DNA from: Candidatus Hecatella orcuttiae | Lineage (GTDB): Archaea > Thermoproteota > Bathyarchaeia > Hecatellales > Hecatellaceae | Direction of reading: 5' to 3' | Assembly: GCA_002011035.2 (NCBI GenBank) | Contig: MTLY02000002.1 | Span: 256,001-320,000 of the forward strand | DNA: 64,000 nt | In this document: positions 55,888 to 64,000 of the stretch, one piece after another | Numbering within the stretch: the stretch's first letter is position 1 | Layout: each line of letters starts with the position of its first letter | Translations under genes and position numbers: made by a program | The notes under the pieces: generated by a model | What the model saw: only the letters and a program-made list of their open reading frames with translations | Told to the model about the DNA's origin: nothing | Database searches by the model: none

Positions 55888-57156
55888 GTGGTCGAGTTCC
55901 ATCGGAAAAAGCAGGAGGACTCCTTTCTCCACACTAGAGACGTGGAGGTGGAAGGCCACCTAATCGACTCCATGATCCTCTCCAGGATCTGGGACAGGAT
56001 TATGGAGTTGGGCGGAGATTTTGAAGTTTCCGAATTCCGAGTTGGCAAGCGGAAAACCGACTACAGCTACGCCCGAATGCTAGTCAAGGGAAAAAGCGAA
56101 AGCCACCTGGAAAGGATCCTCCAAGAAATCTACCGGTTGGGGGCTATTCCCCACGAGGTTCAAGAGGCTGTCTGCGAACCCGCCCCCGCGGACATGGTTC
56201 TCCCTGAGAACTTCTACTCCACCACCAACAACCCTACTTTCATCTACTTTAAAGGAAGGTGGGTGGAGGTGGAAAATCCCATGATGGATAAGGTGGTGGT
56301 AGTGGAACCCGACGGCAGCAAGGCCTACTGCAAACCTCTCCGAGAGGTGAGAAAAGGGGAACTGGTGGTCGTCGGCGAGACAGGGGTTAAAGTCAAACCC
56401 CCTGAAAGGCCCCGGGAAAGCATCGGGGTTTTCAAGTTTATGGGAAGTGACGCCTCATCGGAAAAACCCTCCGGCTCCCTGATGAAGCAGATCGCCAAAG
56501 ACCTCTATGACACCAAGAAGGCGGGGGGCAAAATCGTGGCTGTGGCAGGCCCGGCTGTGGTTCACACAGGAGCTGCTGAGGCTCTGGCCAGCATCATCCG
56601 GGAGGGTTTCATCGACGTGTTTCTCTCCGGTAACGCCTTGGCGGTGCACGACGTGGAGGCCGCCCTGCTGGGGACGTCCCTCGGGGTTTCCTTGGAGGAA
56701 GGCGTCCCCTCCGTCCGGGGGCATAGGAACCACATGGCCGCCATCAACGAAATTTACAAGGCCGGCTCCTTGAAGGAGGCAGTGAGGAAGGGTGTCCTCC
56801 GAAAGGGCATCATGTACGAGTGCATCGTTAAAGGTGTGCCTTTTGTCCTCGCAGGGTCCATCAGGGACGACGGGCCTCTTCCCGAGGTTGTCACCGACAT
56901 GGTGGAGGCTCAGAGACTGTACAGGGAGGCTCTCGCCGGAACCAGCATGGTTTTGATGTTCGCCTCCACCCTTCACTCCATAGCCGTGGGAAACATGCTG
57001 CCTTCCACGGTGAAGATCGTCTGTGTCGACATCAATCCCGCCACCGTTACCAAGCTTCTCGACCGCGGCTCCATGCAAGCCATCGGGGTGGTCTCTGACA
57101 TCGGAACCTTTCTCCCCCTCCTCGACCAAGAGCTGAAGCGGCTAAAAGGGGCTTAA
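55888..57156 (+). CDS. TIGR00300/LOR-SDH family protein (non-canonical ornithine cyclodeaminase)
   Basis: EGHLIDS, FYSTTN, GPAVVHTG, GNALAVHD, GSIRDDGPLP, LHSIAVGN, DRGS. Confidence 0.9.
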   Translation: MVEFHRKKQEDSFLHTRDVEVEGHLIDSMILSRIWDRIMELGGDFEVSEFRVGKRKTDYSYARMLVKGKSESHLERILQEIYRLGAIPHEVQEAVCEPAPADMVLPENFYSTTNNPTFIYFKGRWVEVENPMMDKVVVVEPDGSKAYCKPLREVRKGELVVVGETGVKVKPPERPRESIGVFKFMGSDASSEKPSGSLMKQIAKDLYDTKKAGGKIVAVAGPAVVHTGAAEALASIIREGFIDVFLSGNALAVHDVEAALLGTSLGVSLEEGVPSVRGHRNHMAAINEIYKAGSLKEAVRKGVLRKGIMYECIVKGVPFVLAGSIRDDGPLPEVVTDMVEAQRLYREALAGTSMVLMFASTLHSIAVGNMLPSTVKIVCVDINPATVTKLLDRGSMQAIGVVSDIGTFLPLLDQELKRLKGA

Positions 57157-57205
57157 ACCCTAAGCCTCCACGAATCTTCCTCCCTAATTTGGAAGGCGAG
57201 AAAAA

Positions 57206-57643
57206 TTGTCAGCGGGAAAAGGAAGTCTGGAAAACATGCTGGCTGAAGCCTTGAAGGGGGAAGAGAAATCTGTCGAAGAAATATTCTCCGAGAGGAATCT
57301 AGCCGGCTTAGGAGACACTTACATCAACTTCCTCTACTCCCTAGCCTTCAGCCTTAAAAAGAAAAAGCCATGCGGAATGAAAGTCAGCAACAAGGTTCTA
57401 GCCGAAGCCGTCAGGCAGGCGGGAGTCCGAAGGAGGCTTCCCTCCCGGCTTTCAAGGAGAGATATAGGCAGCTCCGCGGAAGCCCTGATAGTCTACGCCG
57501 CCGCCAAAAACCTGATCTCAAGCCGGGAGCTCGTCGACCTGCTCCGAGAGGCAGAAGACCCCGTCTCAGCTTTCAGCCAAGCCCTCACAAACATATGGAC
57601 TAGAGCTGGGCTTCACCTTCCCAGAAGGAAGGCCGAGGGTTAA
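57206..57643 (+). CDS. Archaeal RNase III-like family protein
   Basis: LAGLGD..IN..YSLA, V.NKVLAEA, G..AEAL. Confidence 0.75.
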   Translation: MSAGKGSLENMLAEALKGEEKSVEEIFSERNLAGLGDTYINFLYSLAFSLKKKKPCGMKVSNKVLAEAVRQAGVRRRLPSRLSRRDIGSSAEALIVYAAAKNLISSRELVDLLREAEDPVSAFSQALTNIWTRAGLHLPRRKAEG

Positions 57644-57690
57644 GAAAACAGCCATTCAGCCGGATAAAGCAAAATATAGGGTGAATACCC

Positions 57691-58269
57691 CTGAAACTGC
57701 GGAGCGTAAAACGGGAGATCAGAGTCCTAGGCATCGTAAACGGCAACATGCCCCTCCCTCAAAAACGTTGCCCCTTTTTCGGCGTTGTTTTCAGGGGGAA
57801 GGAATGGCTGGAAGGGCTGCTGAAAGGCTCCGCAGAGTGGAACGGGCTGGATGCAACCCGGAAGATAACTCAAGCAGTGAAAGGATCCAGCCATTATGGG
57901 CAGATCCGCGTCGTCATGCTGATGGGTTTATGCTTCGCCGGCTTCAACGTAGTGGATGTAGCTCAGCTGGCGGAAAACCTCCAAAGGCCTGTGATGGTTT
58001 TCTGGGAAAAAGCGCCTGACCTAGGAAAGCTTAAACGCCAACTCGAATCCCTGCCTTTTGGAGAGAAAAGGGTGAGCATGGTTGAGAAAGCTGGGAACCC
58101 TACTCCATTAAAGCTGGAGGGGGGAAAAACTTTTTGGATTCAGTCCTTTGGGCTGAGTGTGGAAGAAGCTGGGAGAGTGGTGAAGGCAACCTGCAAGCCG
58201 GGGTTCATTCCTGAACCTCTCAGAATAGCCCGCATGGTAGGTTCCGCTTTCACTTCCCTGAAGTCTTAG
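57691..58269 (+). CDS. DUF99-family (endonuclease V-like) protein; probable CTG start at 57691
   Basis: KREIRVLGI, GLDAT, FAGFNVVD, IPEPLRIA. Confidence 0.82.
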   Translation: MKLRSVKREIRVLGIVNGNMPLPQKRCPFFGVVFRGKEWLEGLLKGSAEWNGLDATRKITQAVKGSSHYGQIRVVMLMGLCFAGFNVVDVAQLAENLQRPVMVFWEKAPDLGKLKRQLESLPFGEKRVSMVEKAGNPTPLKLEGGKTFWIQSFGLSVEEAGRVVKATCKPGFIPEPLRIARMVGSAFTSLKS

Positions 58270-58320
58270 GGCTATTTGAAAAGAAGCTTTATTAAAGAAA
58301 ATAAAATTAAGCATTAACCG

Positions 58321-59433
58321 ATGAAATTGAAACAGAAGTATGTGTTTACCGGATTTTTAGCATTTACGGTAACGGTGATCGTGGGGTTTGCCCTTGTAGG
58401 AGGCTATATCTTTCAAGAACCGCCAGCAGAGGCGCCAACAGAAACACCGGCGGGCGTTCAACCGACAGCTTCTCCGTCAAAGGAAGCGCCGCTGCAGGTT
58501 CAGCCCCAGCAAACTGAGCCATCAATAGAGGAGCAGCCAGAAGATGGTAAGCCATCGGAGCAAGAAGTGTCGGCGGAACAAGCGGAGCAACTGCAAGACG
58601 TAGCTGTCCAAGAATACCGAAGGCAAAATGTTACTTTTTTGAAGATGGTTTCAAGTGAAAACGGTTTGTATGTTTTAAACGATGAGGAAATAGAAGAACT
58701 TAGAACACTGCGCATAAACACCCTCAGAATATGCCCTCTTTACAGCATAGATTCAAACGGCGACATCAGACAGGATGTGCCAAACTTTCTCATCATCGAT
58801 TTGATCAGAAGGGCTCACAGTGCCGGGTTTGCGGTTTTTCTGGAGCCAAATCTCGCCAGCCGCGGCGGCTTCCCCCATTTGACCGACCCGCAATATGTTG
58901 AAGCCGTGATGGAGATATCCTCAAAATGGGCTGAAATAGCTGAAGAAGAAAACGTGGAGTTTTATTCTCCGTTAAACGAGCCGAATCTCGTTTTTTCGGA
59001 AGAACATCTGGTGGAAGAATGGATGGTTGAGTCTCAAAATCTACGGTCCATGTTTTCAGGCGGGTTGGTGTTAAAGCTGGCCGGCATGGGCCCGGAGGAA
59101 ATTGAAAGTTTAGGAGGATATGACTACTTGGCTTTCGACATCATGTGGGGAGACTCGAATTACGATGAGCTTAGAAACTATTTAAACGCAGCCGTAGCGA
59201 AAGGGAACTCTCTGAAGCAAAAATACGGCCTCAAAGGCTTCTTCTTCGGAGAACTGGGGGCTGAGAAAGCAAGGGTTGATGAAGATACCCAAGCAGAAAT
59301 TTTCAGGACGATTTTGGATGAAACATGGGAAGAAGTTGACGGCTACTGTTTTCTAGGCTGGTCGGAGCTGGAGTTCAGCTTTAAAGACAATGAAAAGGCG
59401 AAAGACGTGATAAGAGAGTGGTTTTCCCGCTAA
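58321..59433 (+). CDS. Membrane-anchored extracellular TIM-barrel glycoside hydrolase-like protein (clan GH-A)
   Basis: N-terminal TM, Pro/Glu/Gln linker, PLNEP acid/base-like and FFGELG nucleophile-like motifs. Confidence 0.65.
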   Translation: MKLKQKYVFTGFLAFTVTVIVGFALVGGYIFQEPPAEAPTETPAGVQPTASPSKEAPLQVQPQQTEPSIEEQPEDGKPSEQEVSAEQAEQLQDVAVQEYRRQNVTFLKMVSSENGLYVLNDEEIEELRTLRINTLRICPLYSIDSNGDIRQDVPNFLIIDLIRRAHSAGFAVFLEPNLASRGGFPHLTDPQYVEAVMEISSKWAEIAEEENVEFYSPLNEPNLVFSEEHLVEEWMVESQNLRSMFSGGLVLKLAGMGPEEIESLGGYDYLAFDIMWGDSNYDELRNYLNAAVAKGNSLKQKYGLKGFFFGELGAEKARVDEDTQAEIFRTILDETWEEVDGYCFLGWSELEFSFKDNEKAKDVIREWFSR

Positions 59434-59638
59434 GCCGTAAATAAACAGTTTTCCGTCGCGCCATAACAAGACGCTTAAACCTGAAAATACAGGAGAGCCC
59501 TTCAACAGGTCAGAAGTGGCTGTTTTAAAGTCTTTCAGCTTTAGAGGCCTCATTATGGCGGTGTTAAACCTTCGGGGGAAACCTTTAAATCGGAGTGTCC
59601 CTTGCTTTTGAAGCGCTGAAGCGGTCCAGTGATGCCAG

Positions 59639-59986
59639 ATGGAATTCTGTCCTAAATGCGGAATGAGGCTGGTGCTTTCGGTTAAGGAGAAAAAGTCTTC
59701 CCGGGTTTCCCTGAAATGCCCCAACTGCAACTACGTCTTACGAGGCAAAAAGACCAGTCAGCCGGCTTTGGTTAAACCCACCGAGAAACCTTCCAAGGAA
59801 TCCATCATCATCATCGGGGAGAAAGAAGCTAAGCTTAAGACCCTTCCCACCCAGAAGGCTCAATGCCCCAAATGCGGTAACATGGAAGCCTACGTATGGA
59901 TGGTTCAGACCCGGGGAGCTGACGAGTCTTCAACTCAGTTCTTCCGATGTACCAAATGCGGAATGACTTGGCGGGAATATTCTTAG
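59639..59986 (+). CDS. tfs: Transcription factor S
   Basis: FCPKCG...CPNC N-terminal ribbon; QTRGADE acidic hairpin in C-terminal ribbon. Confidence 0.95.
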   Translation: MEFCPKCGMRLVLSVKEKKSSRVSLKCPNCNYVLRGKKTSQPALVKPTEKPSKESIIIIGEKEAKLKTLPTQKAQCPKCGNMEAYVWMVQTRGADESSTQFFRCTKCGMTWREYS

Positions 59987-60008
59987 CACCCTTCACCCGT
60001 CGGAACAC

Positions 60009-61208
60009 TTATTCCCGCAGTTTTTCCAGCTGCTGGAGCAGATATTTTCTAATTTCTTCGGAAGCAGGTAACGGCTGCGTTAGCTTTCCGTTTTTAAGCA
60101 CGGGCTTCAGCATAGACTCTGTTTTTCCTCCGCAAGCCGGGCATGGAGGCTGGGAAGCTTGAGCTGGGAGCACGGTGTCGGTGAGGCATCGGGGGCATCT
60201 CCAAAGCTTCTTGCTTCCCCCCAGTTTTCCTTTTTTAGCCACAGGTTTTCCTTCTTTTTCCACGATGTCTAAGGCGAAGTCTACGATGGGAGCGGCGCTA
60301 ATGGAGGAGCCTATGCCGAAACCCTCCACCCCCGCGTCGATAAGTGGGGGGAGGTCCTTCTCGTCGATGCCTCCTGAAACTAGAATTTTAACGTGGCTGA
60401 AGCCTCTGAGAGACAGCTCCCACCGAACCTCCCGAACTATCTGAGGCAAGTTTCCTCTCCTCGACTTGGGAGTATCCAGCCTCACACCGTAGAGCTTCTC
60501 CCCCAAGGCCTCCGCCGCCTTGATGGCCTCGGTTTTCTCATCGCTGTAGGTGTCCACCAAGGCTATCCGAGGCACCCCTGCCTCCACCACCTCGTCGAAA
60601 GCTTTCCAGGCTTTAGCCTGATCCCCGAAGAGAATGATGAGCGCATGCGGCATGGTTCCCGTGGGCTTTCGTCCGATGAGCTTCGCCCCCGAAAGACTGG
60701 ACACGCTGTCAAAGCCCCCTATGTAGGCCGCCCTGTCCACCATGGGGGAAATGACGGGGTGAATCCGGCGGATTCCGAAAGAAATCAGAAGACTCTTAGG
60801 AGCGAGTTTCCGCATTCTCGCCGCCTTGGTGGCGATGCCCGTAGCTTGGCATAGCAGCCCCAAAAGAGGTGTTTCCAGAAGGCCGAAGGCGCCGTAGGGC
60901 CCCTCCACGACCATTACGGGCGCTCGAACCCCGAAGCTGTCGGTTGGATGGAAGATACTCCCCTCAGGGAGGCTGTAGACGTCGACGGGGTAACCTTCCA
61001 GCAGCCGCAAGGCCTCCTCCAAACCGCAGTACACAGCCCAAGGCCAGCCTTGAGGTAGGCCGGTGGGGGTGATTTCAGCCACCACCTTTACCTTGTTCAG
61101 CCCCTTGGCTTCCAACACTTTTTTCGTGTGGACAAAGTAGATGTCGGTGGTTTCCCCTTTCTTAACTTCTTCTTCAGAAGCTATGTGAAGCCACTTCACC
61201 GTTTCCAC
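60009..61208 (-). CDS. pncB: Nicotinate phosphoribosyltransferase
   Basis: TDIYF, ET..LG, FGIRR, GTMPH, LVDT, GVRLDT, SGGI. Confidence 0.93.
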   Translation of the reverse strand: METVKWLHIASEEEVKKGETTDIYFVHTKKVLEAKGLNKVKVVAEITPTGLPQGWPWAVYCGLEEALRLLEGYPVDVYSLPEGSIFHPTDSFGVRAPVMVVEGPYGAFGLLETPLLGLLCQATGIATKAARMRKLAPKSLLISFGIRRIHPVISPMVDRAAYIGGFDSVSSLSGAKLIGRKPTGTMPHALIILFGDQAKAWKAFDEVVEAGVPRIALVDTYSDEKTEAIKAAEALGEKLYGVRLDTPKSRRGNLPQIVREVRWELSLRGFSHVKILVSGGIDEKDLPPLIDAGVEGFGIGSSISAAPIVDFALDIVEKEGKPVAKKGKLGGSKKLWRCPRCLTDTVLPAQASQPPCPACGGKTESMLKPVLKNGKLTQPLPASEEIRKYLLQQLEKLRE

Positions 61209-61272
61209 CTTTTCTGAGCTTGGGTTAATTATTAAAACTGTTTAATTTAAGCCACTCAGCCCTTTTATATTT

Positions 61273-61816
61273 TCAAACAGGCTTGGAAACGTTTCGCTCC
61301 CTTGGGGTAAAGGGGTCGTCCCCCAACATGAGGCTTGGCTGGGGGTTCACTCGCCCAGATGGGCTTGGGGAAACTGGGAGAAACCCCACAAGCCTTTCCA
61401 AGTGTCCATGGTCGCTCTTCGCAGAGAATGACTCCACAAGCTTGTCCAGTAGCTGATGGTGTTTTTCCTCATCCTTCAATATGCCTTCAAGGCTGGCGCG
61501 GAGGACTGAATCCTTGATCTTCTTCTTAAGCTGCTTAAGTTCCTCCATCATGTCTTTTTCAGCCTTCAGATGTCCTCGGAGGGCGTTGGCTATTTTCTCC
61601 TTGTCCGCATCTTCCATAACCTCGCCGACTGCTAGGTCGGACATGGCTTGAAACATCAGAGCGTGTTTCCTAGAATCAAACATCAACATGCCCAGCACAG
61701 CCTTTGCCACGGAGTTTCTAGTCTTCTCCACGGTAGGCTAAGTTGTCAGCTAGTCTCAGCTCGTTGGCCCTATGCTTTTTGAAGATTTCCACTAACTCTC
61801 TTTCTTCTGTCTTCAA
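61273..61816 (-). pseudogene. Ferritin-like four-helix protein with apparent frameshift near 61732-61741
   Basis: GGTGA SD then TTG at 61816 gives MKTEERELVEIFKKHRANELRLADNL; the rest (PTVEKTRN...DSRKH...HLKAE...DEEKHH) is in the +1 frame. Confidence 0.65.
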
Positions 61817-61920
61817 AATTTTCACCGAGCAATTTTCCGTTTTAAAGGCAGCCGCCTGAGTTAAGTTTTCCCAGCCTTATCCTCTGACGCGGGGATGGAA
61901 AGGTCTCGATGGGAAGGCGG

Positions 61921-62223
61921 CTACCTCTGGATTTTCCGATTATCTTTCGTTAAATCCTTTTCAAATTTTTTGCAACTGCTTATGATGGCCTTGAACACGT
62001 TGACGGCGTACTTGCTTTCAAGCTTTTTCTTTTCCGCCATTACCGCCACTCTCGACAAAACTTGAGCTTCCCTAGGGCGGTCGATGGTTGGGATTCCCAG
62101 CTTCTGCTTCGCTTTCGAAATTTTTTTGACGAGTTTAAACCTTTCCGCCAGCAGAGCCACAATTCTCGAGTCAACTCTGTCGATCTTTTTCCTAAGCTCT
62201 GCCAGTTCCTTGGCTTTGGGCAT
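61921..62223 (-). CDS. Chorismate mutase (AroQ type)
   Basis: LAELRKKIDRVD.RIV.LLAER...K.....D..RE. Confidence 0.9.
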   Translation of the reverse strand: MPKAKELAELRKKIDRVDSRIVALLAERFKLVKKISKAKQKLGIPTIDRPREAQVLSRVAVMAEKKKLESKYAVNVFKAIISSCKKFEKDLTKDNRKIQR

Positions 62224-62278
62224 AAAAAAAGGTCGACGTTTTCCAATTAAAGTTTTAACAGGCTTCCATGGTCTTCCC

Positions 62279-63040
62279 TCAGTCTAGGGGAAGCTTGAAG
62301 AAGCGCAGCGTGTTTTCAAAAGTCTCCTCAGCTATTTTCTCCCTAGACATGTTCTTCACACTCGCTACTCCCTCCAAGGTTTTAAGAATGTCCGCTGGCT
62401 CTGAAGGTTTACCTCCATAGCTGACGGGGGAATCTGTTTCTAGGAGAAGACGACTCAGAGGCGTGCTCAGGACGGCTTTCCTGTGTTCTCTGCTGTAGGC
62501 TACAGCGGGGGTTGCTGAAACATAGTAGCCGTGGCTTAGCAGGTTTTCTAGAACCTCTTGGGGGCCGCTGAACCAGTGGAAGACAGCTTCTTCAACCCCG
62601 AGTTCTATGGCCATCTTCAAGCTGTCGCCCCACGCTCCTCGGCTGTGAATGATCACCGGCTTCCCGTTGCTCTCCGCCATTTTCAAAAACTCTTCGAAGA
62701 CTTTTCTCTGCAAAGCCTGCTTTTCCCGGTCTCTTCTCGTTTCCTTGTACCAGTAGTCTAGACCTACCTCTCCGACGGCTACAGCTTTCCCGAGATTTCG
62801 GCGGATAAATTCCATGGTGGAATCTAAGGTTGAAGGATTCAGACTCCAAGGGTGGATGCCTAGGGCAGCGTAGACTTTCGGGCGCAGCGGCTTCTCCGCC
62901 AGTTCTAGGGCGAACTTGCTGGAGTGGTAGTCGGAGCCCACGGCGATGATCGCTTTCACGCCCGCCTCCCACGCTCTTCTCAAGGCTTGTTCCAGTTCTT
63001 CCACTTCTTCCAGGTGGGCGTGAGCGTCCACCAGCCTCAA
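62279..63040 (-). CDS. tatD: TatD-family nuclease
   Basis: DAHAH, GIHP, GEVGLD, HSR, HWF, LETDSP. Confidence 0.93.
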   Translation of the reverse strand: MRLVDAHAHLEEVEELEQALRRAWEAGVKAIIAVGSDYHSSKFALELAEKPLRPKVYAALGIHPWSLNPSTLDSTMEFIRRNLGKAVAVGEVGLDYWYKETRRDREKQALQRKVFEEFLKMAESNGKPVIIHSRGAWGDSLKMAIELGVEEAVFHWFSGPQEVLENLLSHGYYVSATPAVAYSREHRKAVLSTPLSRLLLETDSPVSYGGKPSEPADILKTLEGVASVKNMSREKIAEETFENTLRFFKLPLD

Positions 63041-63100
63041 CGTTTGAAACCTTCTCCATGCCTAGATTTCTGCCGAAAAAATTCTACTCTGCTTTTAGGC

Positions 63101-64000
63101 TTAGGCTTCGAAATCCTGTGAAAGTAACGCAGCAGCTTCGGTTCTGCTGAAGAGGATAACTTCCACTTCCTCCCCCTGTTTGAGGATGGTTCCAGCTTGG
63201 ATGATGATGAATCCGTGAGCCTTGGTCAGCGAACTTATGGGGTGCGGCCCTCTGAAGGTAGACTTGACTGTAAACGTTGCGCCCTCCCTCTCCAAGCGGA
63301 CGGGCATGAAGAAGCTTCTTCCCGGCCCTGCCTTGGCATCATGTCCCATCTTGGCTTTGACAACCGGCAGCAGGGATGCGGAAACCCCGCTGAGCATCTG
63401 AAGCACGGGAACAGCGAAATAGTAGAAGGTTCCGATCAAAGGCACATATCTCCCCGGCAGGCACACCACGGGTTTACCTCCTGCCACCGCCAACGTGGTG
63501 AGCCAAGGCGGAATCAAGGCAACTCCCCGGACGATGACCCCGGGAGGGTCTAGAGCGTTCAAGGCTTGGGGGACAAAGTCTTCCTTCCCCACTGAAAGTC
63601 CTCCGATGGTGAGGATGAGGTCGGCTTTCTCAGCCGCTGAGAGCAACGCCTCCCTGATGCTGGCGACTTCGTCTCCCACCACCTCCGGCATGGGAAGGGC
63701 TCCGAGGTCGAAGAGCAGCTTCGAGATAAGCATGGAAAATCCGCCTACGGCTTCCGCAGAGGTCTTCTCAGCCAGCTTCACCAGTTCATTTCCCACGGAG
63801 ATGACAGCCACCTTAGGCTTTTTGACCACCGGGACTTCCCACTTGTCCAAGGCTAAAAGCAAAGCCAAATCCTGCGGCCTCAGAAGGCAGCCTTTCCTAA
63901 GGACGGGCGTCCCTTCCCTTATATCGTCTCCTTTGGGGAGAATGCCCAACCCGGCTCTGAAAGGGCGGTTGACGATGATTTCCCCGTCTCCCACCTCCAA
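63101..64000 (-). CDS. MoeA-like molybdopterin molybdotransferase, divergent (5' truncated by window)
   Basis: GDDI..G..VL..G..L.PQD, VAVISVGNEL, GGLSVG..D, SL..AHGFIII. Confidence 0.85.
   Translation of the reverse strand: MEVGDGEIIVNRPFRAGLGILPKGDDIREGTPVLRKGCLLRPQDLALLLALDKWEVPVVKKPKVAVISVGNELVKLAEKTSAEAVGGFSMLISKLLFDLGALPMPEVVGDEVASIREALLSAAEKADLILTIGGLSVGKEDFVPQALNALDPPGVIVRGVALIPPWLTTLAVAGGKPVVCLPGRYVPLIGTFYYFAVPVLQMLSGVSASLLPVVKAKMGHDAKAGPGRSFFMPVRLEREGATFTVKSTFRGPHPISSLTKAHGFIIIQAGTILKQGEEVEVILFSRTEAAALLSQDFEA

Noticed and set aside
1-64000. CRISPR array, IS elements, rRNA
   Set aside because: No regularly spaced repeats, transposase-like ORFs or rRNA-like sequence; the window is almost fully coding

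Overview
Gene-dense archaeal chromosome segment of about 65 CDS plus one tRNA. It is almost certainly TACK, and Bathyarchaeia-like by inference: archaeal FEN1, CDC48, aEF-1beta, Pth2, Bud32, Sm-L37e, aCPSF1, proteasome beta, TFS and RPA, with GGTGA-type Shine-Dalgarno sites and a multi-intron tRNA. Most genes are housekeeping or cofactor genes. I saw no CRISPR array, transposase or integrase. Highlights: (1) a translationally coupled CoA operon (pok-pps-[HPS-RraA fusion]-panE-coaBC) with no panB, where the formaldehyde-releasing HPS domain fused to a 2-oxoacid aldolase-type RraA domain could be a folate-independent ketopantoate synthase; (2) an SMC-kleisin-KITE operon whose motifs resemble eukaryotic SMC5/6-Nse; (3) an unannotated 16-aa Lys/Gly peptide ORF with its own putative promoter and SD; (4) tRNA-Ala(GGC) with two BHB introns (37/38 and 44/45) whose helices compete; (5) three genes that appear to start at CTG exactly 6 nt after GGTGA; (6) split purH, a frameshifted ferritin-like gene, 100% identical DNA tracts between the two CDC48 ATPase domains, and a DtxR-type operator upstream of feoB. 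Family assignments come from motif recognition by eye, not database searches.
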